A stretch of 64,000 nt of DNA from Candidatus Magasanikiibacteriota bacterium. Lineage in GTDB: Bacteria > Patescibacteriota > Patescibacteriia > Magasanikbacterales > UBA922. Below, one piece after another: positions 1 through 9,288 of this stretch. Location: assembly GCA_049287025.1 (NCBI GenBank), contig JBAQFA010000005.1, positions 1,671 to 65,670 of the forward strand, given 5' to 3'. Below the pieces are notes generated by a model. That model did no database searches. It was not told where the DNA came from and saw only the letters and a program-made list of their open reading frames with translations. Positions within the stretch are counted from its first letter, which is position 1, and the number at the start of each line of letters is the position of its first letter. The position numbers and the translations under genes are program-made.

Positions 1-1866
1 TTGCTAGAAAAAATTATTACAGAAAAAACTCCTTTGCAACAAAAAATGCACCGGTTAGTAAGTATGGTGGCAGTGGTGGCAATAATTTCTGCAGTTGGTG
101 TTGGAGCTATCATGACACTAAAAGAAGGCTGGACACACGGTTTTTTGGCGGGAATTACCATTGCCATGTCACTTATTCCCGAAGAATTTCCCGTGGTGTT
201 TAGTGTGTTTTTGATTATGGGGGTATGGCGCATGACCAAACAAAAAGCATTGGTACGGGAAATGGCCATGGTAGAAACACTCGGGTCAGCGACAGTAATT
301 TGTACTGACAAAACTGGCACTTTGACCGAAGGAAAAATGGCTTTGAAACAAGTCTACTTTAATGATGAATTAGTTGAAATTAGTGATGGAAATCATAATC
401 AAGAAATAAAAGATTTAATTACCGGCGCGTTATTATCTCTGGAACAAGTGGCGATTGATCCAATTGAAATTGAAGTTCAACGTTATGCTGATAAGCTTGG
501 GATTGATGTTAATAAATATTTTAATGAACACACTCTAGTTCAAGATTTACCTTTTGAATCAAAAACAAAAATGGTACATCATTTGTGGAAGCATAAAAGC
601 GGTCTTTGTGAACAACACACAGCTGGCGCGCCAGAATTTGTAATTGAATCGAGTACGTTGAAAAAAAATGCCAAGGATAAAATTATGTCTGCTTATGAAA
701 CCATGGCTGATCAGGGTTATCGAGTGATTGGAATAGCCAAACGGGCCTGTCATGAGAGTGGAAAGATTGTGATAGAAGATTTGCAGTTTGTAGGGCTCTT
801 GGCCATGAGTGATCCGCCTCGAGCGGGGGTAAAAGAAGCGATTGATACGTGTCAAAAAGCCGGGATTAGAATTATTATGATTACCGGGGACAATAAATTG
901 ACTGCTCACAGTGTAGCGGAACAAATTGGTTTGAAGCACAATGAAGAAATCATGACTGGAGCAGATCTAAAAAATATGTCACCAAGTGCTTTACAAGAAA
1001 CAGTCCGCCGACATGATATTTTTACTAGAGTAGAACCAGAACAAAAATATTTATTAGTAGAGGCTTTACAAAATCAGGGAGAAATTGTTGCTATGACTGG
1101 AGATGGGGTAAATGACGCTCCAGCTCTAAAAAAAGCTAACATTGGAATTGCGATGGGGCAAAAGGGAACAGAAGTAGCCCGAGCCGCGGCCGGTATTATT
1201 CTCATGGATGATAATTTTGCCACAATTGTTAATGCGGTCAAAGAAGGTAGGCGGATTTATGATAATTTGCGTCAAGCTTTTGTATTTTTATTTTCTTTTC
1301 ATTTACCAATTATTGGTCTGGCAGTTTTGCCCTTATTTTTTGGAGAGCCTTTGATATTTTTACCAATCCATATTATTTTTTTGGAATTAATTTGTGATCC
1401 AGCCTCGGTCATTGGTTTTGAAAAAGAAAAAGCGCGCCATGGTTTGATGTTGGAAAAACCAAGGTCAATCAAAGAGCCGTTGGTAAATCCACGTTCTTGG
1501 ATAAGAATATTGTTGCAAGGTGGTATAATTTTGGCTTTGTCTTTTGGATTATATTATTATTATGCACTTTATTTAGGTCAAGATGAATTGGGTAAAAGTT
1601 TAGCTTTTGGTTCACTGGTGGCTGCACAAATATTTTTAATATTTTTTACCCGGGAGTGGGAACAGGTCAAAACTAATAAAGTTTTATTAATTATTAATGC
1701 CATTAGCTTTGTATTTTTAATTCTTTGTTTTGTTTTGACTCCTTTACAAACAGTTTTTCATCTAGCTTCATTATCAAGTGTGCAGTTTGCTTTGATGATA
1801 GGTTTACCAGCGTTTGTAATGATTTTGTTTAAAGTGTTTAGTTCTAAGATTAGTAATCACAAGTAA
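1..1866 (+). CDS. P-type cation-transporting ATPase, C-terminal portion (5' end truncated by the window edge)
   Basis: DKTGTLT phosphorylation motif, TGDN and GDGVNDAPAL hinge motifs, followed by C-terminal transmembrane helices. The ORF runs from base 1, so it is partial. Confidence 0.9.
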   Translation: MLEKIITEKTPLQQKMHRLVSMVAVVAIISAVGVGAIMTLKEGWTHGFLAGITIAMSLIPEEFPVVFSVFLIMGVWRMTKQKALVREMAMVETLGSATVICTDKTGTLTEGKMALKQVYFNDELVEISDGNHNQEIKDLITGALLSLEQVAIDPIEIEVQRYADKLGIDVNKYFNEHTLVQDLPFESKTKMVHHLWKHKSGLCEQHTAGAPEFVIESSTLKKNAKDKIMSAYETMADQGYRVIGIAKRACHESGKIVIEDLQFVGLLAMSDPPRAGVKEAIDTCQKAGIRIIMITGDNKLTAHSVAEQIGLKHNEEIMTGADLKNMSPSALQETVRRHDIFTRVEPEQKYLLVEALQNQGEIVAMTGDGVNDAPALKKANIGIAMGQKGTEVARAAAGIILMDDNFATIVNAVKEGRRIYDNLRQAFVFLFSFHLPIIGLAVLPLFFGEPLIFLPIHIIFLELICDPASVIGFEKEKARHGLMLEKPRSIKEPLVNPRSWIRILLQGGIILALSFGLYYYYALYLGQDELGKSLAFGSLVAAQIFLIFFTREWEQVKTNKVLLIINAISFVFLILCFVLTPLQTVFHLASLSSVQFALMIGLPAFVMILFKVFSSKISNHK

Positions 1867-1940
1867 GCCTGTATTAATTGACTTTTTTTCTTTTTTACCT
1901 TATACTCATATTCACAGCCTTTCAGGCATTTTAAGCCTTT

Positions 1941-4001
1941 TTGGCTTTTTATGCCTTTTTACTTATGAATGTAACAGAATTAGCTAGAAAATTAAGAGTC
2001 AATACCAAAGAAATGCTTGAGCTATTACCCAAGTATGGTTTTGATATTGGTGCCAGAGCAATCAAAATTGATAATAAAGTGGCTGATCAGATCACTCGTA
2101 AGTGGCGTTTTATTAAAAAAGATCTAGATGACCAAAAGAAAAAAGAAGAAGAAGAGAAAAAAATGAAAGAAAAAGAATTGCGTAAAGAAACTGGGGAAAC
2201 AGTGGCTTTGCCAGATTTGATAAGAGTAAGAGATTTTGCTGAGAAGCTTAATATGTCGGTCACTCGGATTATTACCGAACTCATGAAAAATGGTATTTTG
2301 GCCAATCAAAATCAAAATATTGATTATGATACGGCCGCGATTATGGCTGAGGAGCTTGGTTTTACCGCTCAAAAAGAAGAAAACAATAAAGTTGATCATG
2401 CGGTGGAAGAACAAAAAGTAAAAGCCTTGGAAGAAGCTTTGTCATCCACAGAAAATTTACAGCCAAGATCACCAGTCGTGGTAGTGATGGGCCATGTTGA
2501 TCATGGTAAAACCAAATTATTAGATGCCATTCGTAGTACAAATATTATTGATACTGAATCGGGTGGTATTACTCAGCATATTGGTGCTTATCAAACGGTT
2601 TGGCAAGATCCAAAAAATAAACAAGAACGAGCGATAACCTTTATTGATACTCCTGGTCATGAGGCTTTTACAGTTATGAGGAGCCGTGGTGCCAAAGTCG
2701 CTGATATTGCCATTATGGTCGTGGCGGCTGACGATGGTGTCAAACCCCAAACCGAAGAAGTAATAAATATTATTAATGCTGCCAAGTTGCCATTTATTGT
2801 AGCCATTAACAAAATTGATAGAGAAGGGGCTGATCCTCAGCGCGTGCGAACCGAACTTTCGCAAAGAAATGTTTTGTGTGAAGATTGGGGTGGAACAGTG
2901 CCAGTCGTAGAAATTTCGGCCAAACAAAAACTTAATATTGATAAATTATTAGATGTCTTACTTCTCATGGCTGATTTGAATGAAGATAAAATAAAAGCTG
3001 ATCCAACCCTACCGGCTGTGGGAACAATTATTGAATCTCACGTTGACAAGGGGATGGGTCCAGTCGCTACAGTCTTGGTGCAAGCTGGTACTCTTAGAAG
3101 AAATGATCCTTTGGTAGTAAATGGTGAAATTTATGGCAAGGTACGGGCGATGAAAGATTATATCGGCCGTGATTTGGAAAGTGCTGGACCATCAGTGCCA
3201 GTGCAAATAATTGGTTTTAAAGTAGCGCCAGAAGTGGGTGATATTATGAATTTATCAAAAGCGGGTGATGCGAGTAAAATTGATGTAAAACAAAAACGGA
3301 CTCAACAAACTGGAGCGGAGAGAAGTCTAAATGTAGTAAAAAATGAAACTGAAGAAGAAGAGGGAATACGACGCAAACATACTTTAAATTTAATAATAAA
3401 AACTGATGTGCTTGGTTCTTTGGAAGCAATTGTTGGTTCTTTGCAAAAATTAAAACACGAAGAAGTCGGTGTGAAAATAATTGGCAAGGGTTTGGGAAAT
3501 ATTACGGAAGATGATGTCAATAAAGCTGAAGCTGGTGAAGCTGTTATCGTAGGTTTTCATGTCAATCCGACCTCAAGTGCCGAAGAATTGATGCGCGAAA
3601 AAAATGTACAATTCAAACGTTATGAAATTATTTATGATTTGATAAATTGGGTAAAGGAAGAATTGGAAAAAATGTTGAGTGCTGAGGTGACGATTGAAGA
3701 ATTGGGCCGGGCAAAAGTGTTGGCAATTTTTAGAACAGATAAAAATGCTATGACGATTGGCGCTCGGATCACTGATGGTAAAGTCACAAAAAATTCTAAA
3801 ATAAGAATAAAACGAAAAGGTGAATTGATTGGCGAAGGTAAATTGGCTCAGTGTAAGACTGGTCAGCAAGATGTATCTGAAGTACCAAGTGGAACTGAGT
3901 GTGGTTTGCGTTTTGAAGGTAAAGATAAAATAGAAGAAGGCGATATGTTGGAAGCCTACACAGAACATAGTAAGAGTAAGAAAATTGTTTTTGAATTATA
4001 A
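1941..4001 (+). CDS. infB: Translation initiation factor IF-2
   Basis: G-domain motifs [13 protein letters not shown] and NKID, with IF-2 beta-barrel C-terminal domains. The first codons lie inside the AGGCNTTT repeat, so the true start may be the ATG near 1965. Confidence 0.9.
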   Translation: MAFYAFLLMNVTELARKLRVNTKEMLELLPKYGFDIGARAIKIDNKVADQITRKWRFIKKDLDDQKKKEEEEKKMKEKELRKETGETVALPDLIRVRDFAEKLNMSVTRIITELMKNGILANQNQNIDYDTAAIMAEELGFTAQKEENNKVDHAVEEQKVKALEEALSSTENLQPRSPVVVVMGHVDHGKTKLLDAIRSTNIIDTESGGITQHIGAYQTVWQDPKNKQERAITFIDTPGHEAFTVMRSRGAKVADIAIMVVAADDGVKPQTEEVINIINAAKLPFIVAINKIDREGADPQRVRTELSQRNVLCEDWGGTVPVVEISAKQKLNIDKLLDVLLLMADLNEDKIKADPTLPAVGTIIESHVDKGMGPVATVLVQAGTLRRNDPLVVNGEIYGKVRAMKDYIGRDLESAGPSVPVQIIGFKVAPEVGDIMNLSKAGDASKIDVKQKRTQQTGAERSLNVVKNETEEEEGIRRKHTLNLIIKTDVLGSLEAIVGSLQKLKHEEVGVKIIGKGLGNITEDDVNKAEAGEAVIVGFHVNPTSSAEELMREKNVQFKRYEIIYDLINWVKEELEKMLSAEVTIEELGRAKVLAIFRTDKNAMTIGARITDGKVTKNSKIRIKRKGELIGEGKLAQCKTGQQDVSEVPSGTECGLRFEGKDKIEEGDMLEAYTEHSKSKKIVFEL

Positions 4002-5031
4002 TTTTATTTATATGGGAGATGTTTCAACCTTGGAAGAATATAGAGCATCAAGAGAAGCACAAGAAGGTGCAAAAGTAGAACATAGCGCAGTAGTGAAAAA
4101 AGATCAAAGTCATGAAAAGAAAATAAAAAGATTAAAATCTGACGATAACCGTTTGGATGGAGAACCAAGAATTGATTTAATGACTGAGGAAGGGGATAGA
4201 TGGGCACAAGCAAATTATGAAAGGATAACAGTACCAGACATGGTAAACCAATCAAATATAAGGATTCGTGAAGATGATTTGGCTGGAGCAAAAGAAATTG
4301 TACAACATGTTGGTGAGCCTAAAAAGGCTTTGGCTATGGCTGAGGAAAGACTTCAAGAATCACATCTAGATGCGTTATTGACTGTAGAATTAAAAAATTA
4401 CAGTGAACTTGGGGGAGATGTTTGGGAAGCTAAACCAGGTACTATATATGTTGATGATAATACTCATCCAGTAAAAACTTTTGTTAGTACAGAAAATGCT
4501 ATACAGAGAAATCTTATTATAGCTAAGTCTGGGGCTGAAACAGTGAAAAAAGCTATGACTGGTGATATTAATGTTTCAATTGGTGGGGGTTCATCTCGTT
4601 TTGCTGTCAAAAGGAGTCTAGGGTCAAATATTATAGAAGATAGTGGTCTTGGCTTTACTGTTTGTTGGGTGGCACATACTTCTGAAGGTGAAGTGAGAGT
4701 AGACGTAAATTTTTTATATGGCAGAGAAGAAGAGAGTGCAGAACAAACAACTGTTCAGCAATCTGCTGAAGGACAGGCTGAATTAGAAAAAACATTGTCT
4801 GAAGATGAAAAAATCTTTAAAAGATTTGAAGAAATAAAAGCATCTAGTAAAGATGACGAGACAACAAAGCAAGAAATTTTAGAATATATTTTACATAGTG
4901 GTGTTGAAGTTTCAGAAAGTTTTTATACAGAAGCAATTAAAGATAGTACCTGGATTCCTTCTAGACAAGAGATTGAAGATGCTAAGAGAGAAGCTGTGGA
5001 AGAAGCAGAGAATTTTGCTATGACAGGTTAA
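3985..5031 (+). CDS. Hypothetical acidic protein (348 aa) with no recognisable domain
   Basis: Long ORF with coding-like composition. It overlaps the infB stop, so the likely start is the ATG at ~4012 (MGDVSTLEEY). No motif I can name. Confidence 0.5.
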   Translation: MFLNYNFIYMGDVSTLEEYRASREAQEGAKVEHSAVVKKDQSHEKKIKRLKSDDNRLDGEPRIDLMTEEGDRWAQANYERITVPDMVNQSNIRIREDDLAGAKEIVQHVGEPKKALAMAEERLQESHLDALLTVELKNYSELGGDVWEAKPGTIYVDDNTHPVKTFVSTENAIQRNLIIAKSGAETVKKAMTGDINVSIGGGSSRFAVKRSLGSNIIEDSGLGFTVCWVAHTSEGEVRVDVNFLYGREEESAEQTTVQQSAEGQAELEKTLSEDEKIFKRFEEIKASSKDDETTKQEILEYILHSGVEVSESFYTEAIKDSTWIPSRQEIEDAKREAVEEAENFAMTG

Positions 5032-5130
5032 GTTATCCACCCTTGCTCACTTTTTTTAAAAATGATAAAATAGTTCTTGCTAAAAATATTATTTTTAGTT
5101 TTTTATTCCTTAATCCTTATTCCTTAATTT

Positions 5131-5454
5131 ATGTCAGAATTAAATCTTACAGATGCAAACTTTGAAATAGAAGTATTGCAATCAAACGTGCCAGTATTAG
5201 TAGATTTTTGTGCACCATGGTGTGGTCCTTGCCAAATGATGGGTCCAATTATAGAAGAATTAGCTGGTGAATTAGATATTACCAAAGTAAAAATTGCCAA
5301 GTTGAATGTGGATGAAAATCAATTGGTAGCTGGTCAATTTCAAGTGATGAGTATCCCAACTTTTTTAGTTTTTAAGGGCGGACAAGTTGTAGATAAGATG
5401 GTAGGTGGTGTACCAAAAGAAAAGTTGAAAGGAATGCTGGAAAAGCACATCTAA
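5131..5454 (+). CDS. trxA: Thioredoxin
   Basis: WCGPC active-site motif and the conserved MSIPTFLVFKGG region, 107 aa. Confidence 0.92.
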   Translation: MSELNLTDANFEIEVLQSNVPVLVDFCAPWCGPCQMMGPIIEELAGELDITKVKIAKLNVDENQLVAGQFQVMSIPTFLVFKGGQVVDKMVGGVPKEKLKGMLEKHI

Positions 5455-5479
5455 ACAAATAAAAATATTAAAACATCTA

Positions 5480-5505
5480 AACAGCTTTTAACAGGCTGTT
5501 TTTTG
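5480..5505 (+). terminator. Rho-independent terminator after trxA
   Basis: AACAGC-ttttaacag-GCTGTT hairpin followed by TTTT. Confidence 0.5.
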
Positions 5506-5586
5506 TGCTATACTTTTGGTATGGGGTGTTGGGCTAGGACGCCAGATTGTCTGGCTTCTTAACCTTTAACCTTAACCTATTAACAT

Positions 5587-6522
5587 ATGCAAAAATATTG
5601 GAAAATAATTTTGGGGGGAGCAATTCTTATAATCGTGATTGCTTTAGTTTGGATTTTGAAAATATCTTGGATTGGCACTAGTAGTATGTCATATGATGAG
5701 TCAGTAAAATATAGTTTAACCAAAGGCGAGGTGACTGGTGGAGCTGTGGCTCCAATGATGGCCGAGAGAAATATGATGGTGACAGCAGGAGAAGCAAGTT
5801 ATGATACGACAGAGGATTCTGTGCCAGTTAGTCCTACTCAAGATAGATTAATTATCAAAACTGGTTCAATTTCAATGGTAGTGGAAAATGTACGAGAAAC
5901 AATTGCAAAAATTTCGGAGTACACCAAACAAAAGGGTGGTTTTGTTGTTAGTAGTAATGTGGATAAAGTTGGGGTGGCTCCTTATGGTGAGATTGTAGTT
6001 AGAATTCCTGTAACAGTTTTTGATAGCGGAGTGACAGATGTAAAAGCGATGGGTGAAGTGGAAAGCGAAATGGTTAATGGTCAGGATGTGACTGAAGAAT
6101 TTGTTGACCTTGATTCACAACTAAAAAATTTACGCGCTACTGAAACCCAATTTTTGCAAATTATGCAACGAGCAGTAAAGATAGAAGACGTGTTAGCAGT
6201 GCAACGTGAATTGACTTGGGTAAGACGGGATATAGAAACCATGATGGGTAGAATGAAATATCTAAAAGATAGTGCTAGTTTGTCTACTTTGACAATTTAT
6301 TTATCCACTGATCCAGATGTTTTACCAACTGTGGATGATACTAATAAATGGAAACCTTGGGCCGAAGTAAAATCAGCCGTCAGAAGTTTGATTGGAGTAG
6401 GTAAGGGTTTGGTTAATTTTGCAATTTGGCTAGTGGTTTATATTCCTTTGTGGTTTGTGATTGGATTGGTTGTTTGGCTGATTGTGCGAATTATAAAAAA
6501 GAAAAAGAATTTGAACATGTAA
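5587..6522 (+). CDS. Membrane-anchored hypothetical protein (N-terminal and C-terminal TM helices, DUF4349-like architecture)
   Basis: N-terminal hydrophobic segment, extracytoplasmic middle with a coiled-coil-like region, C-terminal TM plus a basic tail (KKKKN). Confidence 0.6.
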   Translation: MQKYWKIILGGAILIIVIALVWILKISWIGTSSMSYDESVKYSLTKGEVTGGAVAPMMAERNMMVTAGEASYDTTEDSVPVSPTQDRLIIKTGSISMVVENVRETIAKISEYTKQKGGFVVSSNVDKVGVAPYGEIVVRIPVTVFDSGVTDVKAMGEVESEMVNGQDVTEEFVDLDSQLKNLRATETQFLQIMQRAVKIEDVLAVQRELTWVRRDIETMMGRMKYLKDSASLSTLTIYLSTDPDVLPTVDDTNKWKPWAEVKSAVRSLIGVGKGLVNFAIWLVVYIPLWFVIGLVVWLIVRIIKKKKNLNM

Positions 6523-6672
6523 AGTTTTAAAATAAATCCTCTGGTGAAAGCTGGGGGATTTTTTCATGATGCAGATAACAGATAGTATAAATCATTTAAT
6601 ATAAAATAATTTGACTAGATTATGCCAATGTAATTTGCTATCTGCTATCTGTATTCTGTTCCGTTGTCCTGT

Positions 6673-6701
6673 TTGACCGTTTTTGTAAGAAGTGATAAAA
6701 T
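6673..6701 (+). promoter_or_regulatory. Candidate sigma70-like promoter for gdhA (TTGACC-N17-TAAAAT)
   Basis: TTGACC at 6673-6678, a 17-nt spacer, TAAAAT at 6696-6701, about 35 nt upstream of the gdhA ATG. Confidence 0.35.
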
Positions 6702-6737
6702 ATTAATTGTCTGTCTTAATTATTAAATTAACATATT

Positions 6738-8000
6738 ATGTCCAACCCATTCGAAAACGCCATGTCACAGCTAGATAAAGCGGCCAAAATCATGAACCTA
6801 GATAAAGGTATTCATGACATTTTAAAACAACCAGATCGCGTGTTAATCGTGTCAATTCCAGTAAAAATGGATAATGGAGAGGTAAGAGTGTTTACTGGCT
6901 ATAGATCACAGTTTAACAACGCTATGGGCCCATATAAGGGTGGTATTAGATATCACCAAAATGTATCAATTGATGAAGTAAAAGCTTTGTCTTTTTGGAT
7001 GATGGTGAAATGTGCGACAGTAAATATTCCTATGGGTGGAGGTAAAGGCGGAATAATTGTTGATTCTAAGACATTGTCAGCTGGTGAACTAGAGAGATTG
7101 TCTCGTGGCTATATCCAAAAGATTTGGCGTGAGATTGGTTCTGATAAAGATGTACCAGCGCCAGATATGTATACTACACCTACTATTATGGGTTGGATGC
7201 GTGATGAATTTGAAAAATTACTAGGTCAGGCTGATCCAGGTGTGATTACTGGCAAAGCGATAAAAGACGGCGGGTCAGAAGGCCGAGAAACTGCCACGGC
7301 TCAAGGCGGTGTCTATGTAGTAAAAGAATTAGCCAAAAAATTAAATTTGAATCCAGCCGTTCGAGGCTCTGAGGAGCCCTCAGACTCTCGAAGAGGAGAA
7401 ACCAAAGTCGCAATTCAGGGTATGGGTAATGTTGGTGGTTTCATGGCTAAGATTTTGAAAAGTGAAGGCTATAAAGTGGTAGCAATTAGTGATTCCAAAG
7501 GCGGTGTGTATGCCGAGGATTTAGATTTGGATACTGTATTTAAACACAAAGAAACAACCGGTTCACTACAAGGCTTAGACGGAGTGCAAAATATTACTAA
7601 TGAAGAATTATTAGAATTACCAGTGGATATTCTTGTACCATCAGCGATGGAAAATCAAATTACCAAAGATAATGTAAATAATATTAAAGCTAAGGTAATT
7701 GTAGAAATGGCTAACGGACCAACCACACCAGAAGCAGATGAAATTTTGAAAGAACGTGGCATTATTCTTGTACCAGATGTTTTGGCCAATGCTGGTGGTG
7801 TGACAGTGTCTTGTTTTGAATGGGAACAAAATATTAAAAATGAACGTTGGAGCGAAGCAGAAGTGTTTACTAAGTTAGAACCAATGATGGTTCAGGCTTT
7901 TGATGAAGTTTGGGAAACAAAAGAAAAATATAGTATTGATATGAGGACAGCGGCGTTTGTGAAGGCAATTGAGAGAGTGGCGAGTAAGACACGGATTTAG
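6738..8000 (+). CDS. gdhA: NAD(P)-dependent glutamate dehydrogenase (Glu/Leu/Phe/Val dehydrogenase family)
   Basis: GGGKGG catalytic glycine-rich motif, GxGNVG Rossmann motif, 420 aa. Confidence 0.9.
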   Translation: MSNPFENAMSQLDKAAKIMNLDKGIHDILKQPDRVLIVSIPVKMDNGEVRVFTGYRSQFNNAMGPYKGGIRYHQNVSIDEVKALSFWMMVKCATVNIPMGGGKGGIIVDSKTLSAGELERLSRGYIQKIWREIGSDKDVPAPDMYTTPTIMGWMRDEFEKLLGQADPGVITGKAIKDGGSEGRETATAQGGVYVVKELAKKLNLNPAVRGSEEPSDSRRGETKVAIQGMGNVGGFMAKILKSEGYKVVAISDSKGGVYAEDLDLDTVFKHKETTGSLQGLDGVQNITNEELLELPVDILVPSAMENQITKDNVNNIKAKVIVEMANGPTTPEADEILKERGIILVPDVLANAGGVTVSCFEWEQNIKNERWSEAEVFTKLEPMMVQAFDEVWETKEKYSIDMRTAAFVKAIERVASKTRI

Positions 8001-8062
8001 ACGGAAAAAAAAGGGATTATACGGAAATAACACAAAAATTGAACTAAAATTTAACAAAAATA

Positions 8063-8096
8063 AAAACGAGTCTCATATTTGTGAGATTCGTTTTAA
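8063..8096 (+). terminator. Rho-independent terminator after gdhA
   Basis: AACGAGTCTCA-tattt-TGAGATTCGTT hairpin (one G-U pair) followed by TTTT. Confidence 0.55.
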
Positions 8097-8119
8097 TTCC
8101 TCTAAAATCTAATCTAATT

Positions 8120-8390
8120 ACAGAGGAATGGTGCCTGCTTTCATGCCAACAGGCGGGCTTTAGAGCGCTTGGCTCTTACATGTCAGCCTGACGGCGAGAC
8201 AGGGTTTGACTTGCGACCTCTCTTTCCAGGATACGCCTGGAAGTTTCAAGGTCGTCATCGTCACCCCATTCACCACCGAAAGGTGAAAGTGCAGCAACTA
8301 GGGATAGGGTGAGCAGAGTGAGAACACCGAGCGCGTCCAGCAAGATAAAACCCCCTTGTGGTCTCGCTGGTTGGTATCCAGTTTAATCTT
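8120..8390. other. GC-rich (~54% GC) ~270-bp island in AT-rich intergenic DNA; candidate small gene or structured RNA
   Basis: Sharp local GC excess. Local hairpins (AGAGC-GCUUG-GCUCU, CCAGG-AUACG-CCUGG, CCAGC...GCUGG followed by a U-run). No ORF of 60 aa or longer. See findings. Confidence 0.4.
8176..8343 (-). CDS. Candidate small membrane protein (55 aa, TTG start) inside the GC-rich island
   Basis: Minus-strand ORF MLDALGVLTLLTLSLVAALSPFGGEWGDDDDLETSRRILEREVASQTLSRRQADM. A strong SD, AAGGGGG, sits 7 nt upstream of the TTG. One TM helix plus an acidic tail. Below the 60-aa cutoff of the ORF track. Confidence 0.25.
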   Translation of the reverse strand: MLDALGVLTLLTLSLVAALSPFGGEWGDDDDLETSRRILEREVASQTLSRRQADM

Positions 8391-8421
8391 TTTTTAATAA
8401 TTTGTCAACCGTATCTGAACC

Positions 8422-9288
8422 TTGCTTTTTTTATTTATTTTAGCTAAAATATCTATATTATTCTTTAGGCAAGTAAAAGCCTTATTTTTGGTTCAAAATA
8501 TGAAATCTGTCGAAGGAAAAATATGGCATGATGAAAAATATGGTGACTTTTTAATCAAGCGGGAATTGTCTAAAAAGAAAATTGCTGAATTGCGTGACCG
8601 TTTTAATCATCCAGTCAACCGTAGAGATTTAATAAAATTTGATGAACGCAAAAATCCTTTTGTTTTGTCACAAGTACCATTTGCAGATTTATTTCTTAGT
8701 GATATCAAGCCACCGCGTGAAGGTCAAAGGTTCGTAGAAGAATTTGAGGCATATAAAAAAAGAATAGCAGAATTTATAAAAGGCAAAAATTTTTTTGATT
8801 TAGGTTGCGGTGAAAATGATTTACTTATTGAGGATTTGGTAGAAGTATTAGCACAATATGGAGCAAATGAGTATGTAGGAGTCGACATATCTCCAAGGAG
8901 AGAAATTTATGATAAAGTTGAGAGACCTGATGGTAAAACTATGGAAATTTATGTTTTGAAAGAAGAAATGTTGAATTTTGTTCGTTCTATTCCAGATAAT
9001 TATGGAGGAAATGTTTTACTTTGTGGAATACAAGAAGATACACATGATGGCTATAATTCTGATTTAGTAAAGAAATATGTGGAGAATATAATTAGTGAAT
9101 TATATCGCATTATGAATACTGGAGATGTTATTATGATTTCAGGACCCTCATTCGAAACTATTAAAGGTTCATTAATTTTTAGTAAAAATAATACAGTAAT
9201 TGATAAAGATGGAAGAGTTTTGTTTATAAAAGAAGAAATTACTGGCGGCAAGGGGAGTGCCGATAGCGTTTATTATAAAAAAGTATAA
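8422..9288 (+). CDS. Hypothetical protein, possible class I SAM-dependent methyltransferase fold
   Basis: FFDLGCGENDL resembles methyltransferase motif I. The likely start is the internal ATG near 8497-8500 (MKSVEGK). Overlaps the leuS start. Confidence 0.45.
   Translation: MLFLFILAKISILFFRQVKALFLVQNMKSVEGKIWHDEKYGDFLIKRELSKKKIAELRDRFNHPVNRRDLIKFDERKNPFVLSQVPFADLFLSDIKPPREGQRFVEEFEAYKKRIAEFIKGKNFFDLGCGENDLLIEDLVEVLAQYGANEYVGVDISPRREIYDKVERPDGKTMEIYVLKEEMLNFVRSIPDNYGGNVLLCGIQEDTHDGYNSDLVKKYVENIISELYRIMNTGDVIMISGPSFETIKGSLIFSKNNTVIDKDGRVLFIKEEITGGKGSADSVYYKKV

Noticed and set aside
559-939. Antisense or alternative-frame ORFs nested inside strong genes, which I did not call as genes. Examples: 559-939, 2087-2414, 2520-2927, 3244-3968, 10218-10472, 10527-10751, 11718-12876, 14766-15205, 18305-18769, 29450-29874, 51087-51605, 55805-56140.
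   Set aside because: They lie wholly within well-supported CDS on the other strand or frame. They have low-complexity, stop-poor AT-rich shadow-ORF composition, no RBS, and no motifs.
8120-8390. Tried to assign the GC-rich island to RNase P RNA, SRP RNA, tmRNA or a T-box leader for the downstream leuS.
   Set aside because: The P8-like hairpin CCAGG-AUACG-CCUGG and a GGUGAAAGUGC stretch look superficially RNase-P-like, but the universally conserved P4 strand GGAAAGUCCGGGCU and the ACAGAA.CCGGCUUA strand are absent on both strands. There is no SRP domain IV (GGAAG...AGCAGC). There is no tmRNA tag frame ending ...ALAA-stop and no tRNA-like end. There is no T-box consensus AANNNGGGUGGNACCGCG, and an unrelated ORF (8422-9288) lies between it and leuS.
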